Source of the DNA: the human T2T-CHM13v2.0 reference genome, Homo sapiens
Assembly (NCBI RefSeq): GCF_009914755.1
Contig: NC_060937.1
Reading direction: 5' to 3' (one strand)
Length of the DNA stretch: 64,000 nt
Shown piece by piece: positions 48,201-60,901 of this stretch. Numbering within the stretch: the stretch's first letter is position 1; each line of letters begins with the position of its first letter. Position numbers and translations under genes: made by a program. The notes beneath the pieces are model-generated. The model did not search any database, had not been told where the DNA came from, and was given only the letters and a program-made list of their open reading frames with translations.

Positions 48201-51200
48201 AAATATGAAAGTACATGAAATATAGATTATATACTGTACATAAAATATCAAGGTACCCCAAATATATATTATATACTCTACATGAAATATCAAAGTTCAC
48301 AAACTATATATTATATACTGTACATATAATATCAAAGTACCCAAGGTATATATTCTATACTGTACAAAAAATAACAAAGTACCAAAAGCATGTATTATAT
48401 ACTGTACCTAAAATATGAAAGTACATCAAATATATATTTTATTCTGTACATAAAATATCAAAGTACACCAGATATATATTCTATAGTGTACATAAAATAT
48501 CAAAGTACCCAAACTATACATTATATACTGTAAATAAAATATGAAATTACATCAAATATATTTTATATTAGGTACATAAAATATGAAAGTACATCAAATA
48601 TAGATTATATACTGTACATTAAATACCAAAGTACCCCAAATATATATTTTATACTGTACATGAAATATCAAAATTCACAAACTATATATTATATACTGTA
48701 CATAAAATATCAAAGTACCCAAGGTATATATTCTATACTGTACAAAAAATAACAAAGTACCAAAAGCATGTATTATATACTGTACCTAAAATATGAAAGT
48801 ACATCAAATATATATTTTATTCTGTACATAAAATATCAAAGTACACCAGATATATATTCTATAGTGTACATAAAATATCAAAGTACCCAAACTATACATT
48901 ACATACTGTACATAAAATATGAAATTACATCAAATATATATTATATTAGGTACATAAAATATGAAAGTACATGAAATATAGATTATATACTGTACATAAA
49001 ATATCAAGGTACCCCAAATATATATTATATACTCTACATGAAATATCAAAGTTCACAAACTATATATTATATACTGTACATATAATATCAAAGTACCCAA
49101 GGTGTATATTCTATACTGTACAAAAAATAACAAAGTACCAAAAGCATGTATTATATACTGTACCTAAAATATGAAAGTACATCAAATATATATTTTATTC
49201 TGTACATAAAATATCAAAGTACACCAGATATATATTCTATAGTGTACATAAAATATCAAAGTACCCAAACTATACATTATATACTGTAAATAAAATATGA
49301 AATTACATCAAATATATTTTATATTAGGTACATAAAACATGAAAGTACATCAAATATAGATTATATACTGTACATTAAATACCAAAGTACCCCAAATATA
49401 TATTTTATACTGTACATGAAATATCAAAGTTCACAAACTATATATTATATACTGTACATAAAATATCAAAGTACCCAAGGTATATATTCTATACTGTACA
49501 AAAAATAACAAAGTACCAAAAGCATGTATTATATACTGTACCTAAAATATGAAAGTACATCAAATATATATTTTATTCTGTACATAAAATATCAAAGTAC
49601 ACCAGATATATATTCTATAGTGTACATAAAATATCAAAGTACCCAAACTATACATTATGTACTGTACATAAAATATGAAATTACATCAAATATATTTTAT
49701 ATTAGGTACATAAAATATGAAAGTACATCAAATATAGATTATATACTGTACATTAAATACCAAAGTACCCCAAATATATATTTTATACTGTACATGAAAT
49801 ATCAAAGTTCACAAACTATATATTATATACTGTACATAAAATATCAAAGTACCCAAGGTATATATTCTATACTGTACAAAAAATAACAAAGTACCAAAAG
49901 CATGTATTATATACTGTACCTAAAATATGAAAGTACATCAAATATATATTTTATTCTGTACATAAAATATCAAAGTACACCAGATATATATTCTATAGTG
50001 TACATAAAATATCAAAGTACCCAAACTATACATTATATACTGTACATAAAATATGAAATTACATCAAATATATTTTATATTAGGTACATAAAATATGAAA
50101 GTACATCAAATATAGATTATATACTGTACATTAAATACCAAATTACCCCAAATATATATTTTATACTGTACATGAAATATCAAATTTCACAAACTATATA
50201 TTATATACTGTACATATAATATCAAAATACCCAAGGTATATATTCTATACTGTACAAAAAATAACAAAGTACCAAAAGCATGTATTATATACTGTACCTA
50301 AAATATGAAAGTACATCAAATATATATTTTATTCTGTACATAAAATATCAAAGTACACCAGATATATATTCTATAGTGTACATAAAATATCAAAGTACCC
50401 AAACTATACATTATATACTGTAAATAAAATATGAAATTACATCAAATATATTTTATATTAGGTACATAAAATATGAAAGTACATCAAATATATATTTTAT
50501 TCTGTACATAAAATATCAAAGTACACCAGATATATATTCTATAGTGTACATAAAATATCAAAGTACCCGAACTATACATTATATACTGTACATAAAATAT
50601 GAAATTACATCAAATATATTTTATATTAGGTACATAAATATGAAAGTACATCAAATATAGATTATATACTGTACATTAAATACCAAAGTACCCCAAATAT
50701 ATATTTTATACTGTACAGGAAATATCAAGGTTCACAAACTATATATTATATACTGTACATAAAATATCAAAGTACCCAAGGTATATATTCTATACTGTAC
50801 AAAAAATAACAAAGTACCAAAAGCATGTATAATATACTGTACATAAAATATGAAAGTACATCAAATATATATTTTATTCTGTACATAAAACATCAAAGTA
50901 CACCAGATATATATTCTATAGTGTACATAAAATATCAAAGTACCCAAACTATACATTATATAGTGTACATAAAATATGAAATTATATCAAATATATATTA
51001 TATTAGGTACATAATATATGAAAGTACATCAAATATAGATTATATACTGTACATAAAATATCAAAGTACCCCAAATATATATTATATACTCTACATGAAA
51101 TATCAAAGTTCACAAACTATATATTATATACTGTACAAAAATATCAAAGTACCCAAGGTATATATTCTATACTGTACAAAAAATATCAAAGTACACAAAG

Positions 51201-54200
51201 CATGTATTATATACTGTACATAAAATATGAAAGTACATCAAATATATATTTTATTCTGTACGTAAAACATCAAAGTACACCAGATATATATTCTATAGTG
51301 TACATAAAATATCAAAGTACCCAAACTATACATTATATACTGTACATAAAATATGAAATTACATCAAATATATTTTATATTAGGTACATAAAATATGAAA
51401 GTACATCAAATATAGATTATATACTGTACATTAAATACCAAAGTACCCCAAATATATATTTTATACTGTACATGAAATATCAGAGTTCACAAACTATATA
51501 TTATATACTGTACATATAATATCAAAGTACCCAAGGTATATATTCTATACTGTACAAAAAATAACAAAGTACCAAAAGCATGTATTATATACTGTACCTA
51601 AAATATGAAAATACATCAAATATATATTTTATTCTGTACATAAAATATCAAAGTACACCAGATATATATTATATAGTGTACATAAAATATCAAAGTACCC
51701 AAACTATACATTATATACTGTACATAAAATATGAAATTACATCAAATATATATTATATTAGGTACATAAAATATGAAAGTACATGAAATATAGATTATAT
51801 ACTGTACATAAAATATCAAGGTACCCCAAATATATATTATATACTCTACATGAAATATCAAAGTTCACAAACTATATATTATATACTGTACATATAATAT
51901 CAAAGTACCCAAGGTATATATTCTATACTGTACAAAAAATAACAAAGTACCAAAAGCATGTATTATATACTGTACCTAAAATATGAAAGTACATCAAATA
52001 TATATTTTATTCTGTACATAAAATATCAAAGTACACCAGATATATATTCTATAGTGTACATAAAATATCAAAGTACCCAAACTATACATTATATACTGTA
52101 AATAAAATATGAAATTACATCAAATATATTTTATATTAGGTACATAAAATATGAAAGTACATCAAATATAGATTATATACTGTACATTAAATACCAAAGT
52201 ACCCCAGATATATATTTTATACTGTACATGAAATATCAAAATACACAAACTATATATTATATACTGTACATAAAATATCAAAGTACCCAAGGTATATATT
52301 CTATACTGTACAAAAAATAACAAAGTACCAAAAGCATGTATAATATACTGTACATAAAATATGAAAGTACATCAAATATATATTTTATTCTGTACATAAA
52401 ATATCAAAGTACACCAGATATATATTCTATAGTGTACATAAAATATCAAAGTACCCAAACTATACATTATATACTGTACATAAAATATGAAATTACATCA
52501 AATATATTTTATATTAGGTACATAAAATATGAAAGTACATCAAATATAGATTATATACTGTACATTAAATACCAAAGTACCCCAAATATATATTTTATAC
52601 TGTACATGAAATATCAAAATACACAAACTATATATTATATACTGTACATAAAATATCAAAGTACCCAAGGTATATATTCTATACTGTACAAAAAATAACA
52701 AAGTACCAAAAGCATGTATAATATACTGTACCTAAAATATGAAAGTACATCAAATATATATTTTATTCTGTACATAAAATATCAAAGTACACCAGATATA
52801 TATTCTATAGTGTACATAAAATATCAAAGTACCCAAACTATACATTATATACTGTACATAAAATATGAAATTACATCAAATATATTTTATATTAGGTACA
52901 TAAAATATGAAAGTACATCAAATATAGATTATATACTGTACATTAAATACCAAAGTACCCCAAATATATATTTTATACTGTACATGAAATATCAAAGTTC
53001 ACAAACTATATATTATATACTGTACATAAAATATCAAAGTACCCAAGGTATATATTCTATACTGTACAAAAAATAACAAAGTACCAAAAGCATGTATTAT
53101 ATACTGTACCTAAAATATGAAAATACATCAAATATATATTTTATTCTGTACATAAAATATCAAAGTACACCAAATATATATTCTATAGTGTACATAAAAT
53201 ATCAAAGTACCCAAACTATACATTATATACTGTAAATAAAATATGAAATTACATCAAATATATTTTATATTAGGTACATAAAATATGAAAGTACATCAAA
53301 TATAGATTATATACTGTACATTAAATACGAAAGTACCCCAAATATATATTTTATACTGTACATGAAATATCAAAGTTCACAAACTATATATTATATACTG
53401 TACATAAATTATCAAAGTACCCAAGGTATATATTCTATACTGTACAAAAAATATCAAAGTACCCAAAGCATGTATTATATACTGTACATAAAATATGAAA
53501 GTACATCAAATATATATTTTATTCTGTACATAAAACATCAAAGTACACCAGATATATATTCTATAGTGTACATAAAATATCAAAGTACCCAAACTATACA
53601 TTATATAGTGAATATAAAATATGAAATTATATCAAATATATATTATATTAGGTACATAATATATGAAAGTACATCAAATATAGATTATATACTGTACATA
53701 AAATATCAGAGTACCCCAAATATAAATTATATACTCTACATGAAATATCAAAGTTCACAAACTATATATTATATACTGTACAAAAATATCAAACTACCCA
53801 AGGTATATATTCTATACTGTACAAAAAATATCAAAGTACACAAAGCATGTATTATATACTGTACATAAAATATGAAAGTACATCAAATATATATTTTATT
53901 CTGTACGTAAAACATCAAAGTACACCAGATATATATTCTATAGTGTACATAAAATATAAAAGTACCGAAACTATACATTATATACTGTACATAAAATATG
54001 AAATTATATCAAATATATATTATATTAGGTACATAAAATATGAAAGTACATCAAATATAGATTATATACTGTACATTAAATACCAAAGTACCCCAAATAT
54101 ATATTATATACTCTACATGAAATATCAAAGTTCACAAACTATATATTATATACTGTACATAAAATATCAAAGTACCCAAGGTATATATTCTATACTGTAC

Positions 54201-57200
54201 AAAAAATATCAAAATACCCGAAGCATGTATTATATACTGTACATAAAATATGAAAGTACATCAAATATATATTTTATCCTCTACATAAAATATCAAAGTA
54301 CACCAGATATATATTCTATAGTGTACATAAAATATCAAAGTACCCAAACTATACATTATATACTGTACATAAAATATGAAATTACATCAAATATATTTTA
54401 TATTAGGTACATAACATATGAAAGTACATCAAATATAGATTATATACTGTACATTAAATACCAAAGTACCCCAAATATATATTTTATACTGTACATGAAA
54501 TATCAGAGTTCACAAACTATATATTATATACTGTACATATAATATCAAAGTACCCAAGGTATATATTCTATACTGTACAAAAAACAACAAAGTACCAAAA
54601 GCATGTATTATATACTGTACCTAAAATATGAAAATACATCAAATATATATTTTATTCTGTACATAAAATATCAAAGTACACCAGATATATATTCTATAGT
54701 GTACATAAAATATCAAAGTACCCAAACTATACATTACATACTGTACATAAAATATGAAATTACATCAAATATATATTATATTAGGTACATAAAATATGAA
54801 AGTACATGAAATATAGATTATATACTGTACATAAAATATCAAGGTACCCCAAATATATATTATATACTCTACATGAAATATCAAAGTTCACAAACTATAT
54901 ATTATATACTGTACATATAATATCAACGTACCCAAGGTATATATTCTATACTGTACAAAAAATAACAAAGTACCAAAAGCATGTATTATATACTGTACCT
55001 AAAATATGAAAGTACATCAAATATATATTTTATTCTGTGCATAAAATATCAAAGTACACCAGATATATATTCTATAGTGTACATAAAATATCAAAGTACC
55101 CAAACTATACATTATATACTGTAAATAAAATATGAAATTACATCAAATATATTTTATATTAGGTACATAAAATATGAAAGTACATCAAATATAGATTATA
55201 TACTGTACATTAAATACCAAAGTACCCCAAATATATATTTTATACTGTACATGAAATATCAAAATACACAAACTATATATTATATACTGTACATAAAATA
55301 TCAAAGTACCCAAGGTATATATTCTATACTGTACAAAAAATATCAAAGTACCAAAAGCATGTATAATATACTGTACATAAAATATGAAAGTACATCAAAT
55401 ATATGTTTTATTCTGTACATAAAATATCAAAGTACACCAGATATATATTCTATAGTGTACATAAAATATCAAAGTACCCAAACTATACATTATATACTGT
55501 ACATAAAATATGAAATTACATCAAATATATTTTATATTAGGTACATAAAATATGAAAGTACATCAAATATAGATTATATACTGTACATTAAATACCAAAG
55601 TACCCCAAATATATATTTTATACTGTACATGAAATATCAAAATACACTAACTATATATTATATACTGTACATAAAATATCAAAGTACCCAAGGTATATAT
55701 TCTATACTGTACAAAAAATAACAAAGTACCAAAAGCATGTATAATATACTGTATATAAAATATGAAAGTACATGAAATATATATTTTATTCTGTACATAA
55801 AATATCAAAGTACACCAGATATATATTCTATAGTGTACATAAAATATCAAAGTACCCAAACTATACATTATATACTGTAAATAAAATATGAAATTACATC
55901 AAATATATTTTATATTAGGTACATAAAATATGAAAGTACATCAAATATAGATTATATACTGTACAATAAATACCAAATTACCCCAAATATATATTTTATA
56001 CTGTACATGAAATATCAAATTTCACAAACTATATATTATATACTGTACATATAATATCAAAGTACCCAAGGTATATATTCTATACTGTACAAAAAATAAC
56101 AAAGTACCAAAAGCATGTATTATATACTGTACCTAAAATATGAAATTACATCAAATATATATTTTATTCTGTACATAAAATATCAAAGTACACCAGATAT
56201 ATATTCTATAGTGTACATAAAATATCAAAGTACCCAAACTATACATTATATACTGTAAATAAAATATGAAATTACATCAAATATATTTTATATTAGGTAC
56301 ATAAAATATGAAAGTACATCAAATATATATTTTATTCTGTACATAAAATATCAAAGTACACCAGATATATATTCTATAGTGTACATAAAATATCAAAGTA
56401 CCCAAACTATACATTATATACTGTACATAAAATATGAAATTACATCAAATATGTATTATATTAGGTACATAAAATATGAAAGTACATGAAATATAGATTA
56501 TATACTGTACATAAAATATCAAGGTACCCCAAATATATATTATATACTCTACATGAAATATCAAAGTTCACAAACTATATATTATATACTGTACATAAAA
56601 TATCAAAGTACCCAAGGTATATATTCTATACTGTACAAAAAATAACAAAGTACCAAAAGCATGTATAATATACTGTACCTAAAATATGAAAGTACATCAA
56701 ATATATATTTTATTCTGTACATAAAATATCAAAGTACACCAGATATATATTCTATAGTGTACATAAAATATCAAAGTACCCAAACTATACATTATATACT
56801 GTACATAAAATATGAAATTACATCAAATATATTTTATATTAGGTACATAAAATATGAAAGTACATCAAATATAGATTATATACTGTACATTAAATACCAA
56901 AGTACCCCAAATATATATTTTATACTGTACATGAAATATCAAAGTTCACAAACTATATATTATATACTGTACATAAAATATCAAAGTACCCAAGGTATAT
57001 ATTCTATACTGTACAAATAATAACAAAGTACCAAAAGCATGTATTATATACTGTACCTAAAATATGAGGAGTACATCAAATACATATTTTATTCTGTACA
57101 TAAAATAACAAAGTACACCAGATATATATTCTATAGTGTACATAAAATATCAAAGTACCCAAACTATACATTATATACTGTAAATAAAATATGAAATTAC

Positions 57201-60200
57201 ATCAAATATATTTTATATTAGGTACATAAAATATGAAAGTACATCAAATATATATTTTATTCTGTACATAAAATATCAAAGTACACAAGATATATATTCT
57301 ATAGTGTACATAAAATATCAAAGTACCCAAACTATACATTATATACTGTAAATAAAATATGAAATTACATCAAATATATTTTATATTAGGTACATAAAAT
57401 ATGAAAGTACATCAAATATATATTTTATTCTGTACATAAAATATCAAAGTACACCAGATATATATTCTATAGTGTACATAAAATATCAAAGTACCCAAAC
57501 TATACATTATATACTGTACATAAAATATGAAATTACATCAAATATATATTATATTAGGTACATAAAATATGAAAGTACATGAAATATAGATTATATACTG
57601 TACATAAAATATCAAGGTACCCCAAATATATATTATATACTCTACATGAAATATCAAAGTTCACAAACTATATATTATATACTGTACATAAAATATCAAA
57701 GTACCCAAGGTATATATTCTATACTGTACAAAAAATAACAAAGTACCAAAAGCATGTATAATATACTGTACCTAAAATATGAAAGTACATCAAATATATA
57801 TTTTATTCTGTACATAAAATATCAAAGTACACCAGATATATATTCTATAGTGTACATAAAATATCAAAGTACCCAAACTATACATTATATACTGTACATA
57901 AAATATGAAATTACATCAAATATATTTTATATTAGGTACATAAAATATGAAAGTACATCAAATATAGATTATATACTGTACATTAAATACCAAAGTACCC
58001 CAAATATATATTTTATACTGTACATGAAATATCAAAGTTCACAAACTATATATTATATACTGTACATAAAATATCAAAGTACCCAAGGTATATATTCTAT
58101 ACTGTACAAAAAATAACAAAGTACCAAAAGCATGTATTATATACTGTACCTAAAATATGAGGAGTACATCAAATACATATTTTATTCTGTACATAAAATA
58201 ACAAAGTACACCAGATATATATTCTATAGTGTACATAAAATATCAAAGTACCCAAACTATACATTATATACTGTACATAAAATATTAAATTACATCTAAT
58301 ATATATTATATTAGGTACATAAAATATGAAAGTACATGAAATATAGATTATATACTGTACATAAAATATCAAGGTACCCCAAATATATATTATATACTCT
58401 ACATGAAATATCAAAGTTCTCAAACTATATATTATATACTGTACATAAAATATCAAAGTACCCAAGGTATATATTCTATACTGTACAAAAAATAACAAAG
58501 TACCAAAACATGTATAATATACTGTACATAAAATATGAAAGTACATCAAATATATATTTTATTCTGTACATAAAATATCAAAGTACACCAGATATATATT
58601 CTATAGTGTACATAAAATATCAAAGTACCCAAACTATACATTATATACTGTAAATAAAATATGAAATTACATCAAATATATTTTATATTAGGTACATAAA
58701 ATATGAAAGTACATCAAATATATATTTTATTCTGTACATAAAATATCAAAGTACACCAGATATATATTCTATAGTGTACATAAAATATCAAAGTACCCAA
58801 ACTATACATTATATACTGTACATAAAATATGAAATTACAACAAATATATTTTATATTAGGTACATAAAATATGAAAGTACATCAAATATAGATTATATAC
58901 TGTAAATTAAATACCAAAGTACCCCAAATATATATTTTATACTGTACATGAAATATCAAAGTTCACAAACTATATATTATATACTGTACATATAATATCA
59001 AAGTACCCAAGGTATATATTCTATACTGTACAAAAAATAACAAAGTACCAAAAGCATGTATTATATACTGTACCTAAAATATGAAAGTACATCAAATATA
59101 TATTTTATTCTGTACATAAAATATCAAAGTACACCAGATATATATTCTATAGTGTACATAAAATATCAAAGTACCCAAACTATACATTATATACTGTACA
59201 TAAAATATGTAATTACATCAATTATATTTTATATTAGGTACATAAAATATGAAAGAACATCAAATATAGATTATATACTGTACATTAAATACCAAAGTAC
59301 CACAAATATATATTTTATACTGTACATGAAATATCAAAGTTCACAAACTATATATTACATACTGTACATATAATATCAAAGTACCCAAGGTATATATTCT
59401 ATACTGTACAAAAAATAAAAAAGTACCAAAAGCATGTATTATATACTGTACCTAAAATATGAAAGTACATCAAATATATATTTTATTCTGTACATAAAAT
59501 ATCAAAGTACACCAGATATATATTCTATAGTGTACATAAAATATCAAAGTACCCAAACTATACATTATATACTGTACATAAAATATGAAATTACATCAAA
59601 TATATATTATATTAGGTACATAAAATATGAAAGTACATGAAATATAGATTATATACTGTACATAAAATATCAAGGTAACCCAAATATATATTATATACTC
59701 TACATGAAATATCAAAGTTCACAAACTATATATTATATACTGTACATAAAATATCAAAGTACCCAAGGTATATATTCTATACTGTACAAAAAATAACAAA
59801 GTACCAAAAGCATGTATAATATACTGTACATAAAATATGAAAGTACATCAAATATATATTTTATTCTGTACATAAAATATCAAAGTACACCAGATATATA
59901 TTCTATAGTGTACATAAAATATCAAAGTACCCAAACTATACATTATATACTGTAAATAAAATATGAAATTACATCAAATATATTTTATATTAGGTACATA
60001 AAATATGAAAGTACATCAAATATATATTTTATTCTGTACATAAAATATCAGAGTACACCAGATATATATTCTATAGTGTACATAAAATATCAAAGTACCC
60101 AAACTATACATTATATACTGTACATAAAATATGAAATTACATCAAATATATTTTATATTAGGTACATAAAATATGAAAGTACATCAAATATAGATTATAT

Positions 60201-60901
60201 ACTGTACATTAAATACGAAAGTACCCCAAATATATATTTTATACTGTACATGAAATATCAAAGTTCACAAACTATATATTATATACTGTACATATAATAT
60301 CAAAGTACCCAAGGTATATATTCTATACTGTACAAAAAATAACAAAGTACCAAAAGCATGTATAATATACTGTACATAAAATATAAAAGTACATCAAATA
60401 TATATTTTATTCTGTACATAAAATATCAAAGTACACCAGATATATATTCTATACTGTACATAAAATATCAAAGTACCCAAACTATACATTATATACTGTA
60501 AATAAAATATGAAATTACATCAAATATATTTTATATTAGGTACATAAAATATGAAAGTACATCAAATATATATTTTATTCTGTACATAAAATATCAAAGT
60601 ACACCAGATATATATTCTATAGTGTACATAAAATATCAAAGTACCCAAACTATACATTATATACTGTACATAAAATATGAAATTACATCAAATATATATT
60701 ATATTAGGTACATAAAATATGAAAGTACATCAAATATAGATTATATACTGTACATAAAATATCAAGGTACCCCAAATATATATTATATACTCTACATGAA
60801 ATATCAAAGTTCACAAACCATATATTATATACTGTACATAAAATATCAAAGTACCCAAGGTATATATTCTATACTGTACAAAAAATATCAAAGTACCCAA
60901 A

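Larger units (their letters stand above)
13981..60901 (+). repeat. Central expanded HOR sub-family (9-mers interspersed with 13-mers)
   Basis: Near-fixed 'aaaaataacaaagtaccaaaagcatg' (from ~14505), with frequent 'atattttatattagg', 'tacattaaatacc' and 'tgtacctaaaa'. 'tgtaaataaaa' is confined to 14122-60506. All 546-bp units lie here. Confidence 0.87.
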
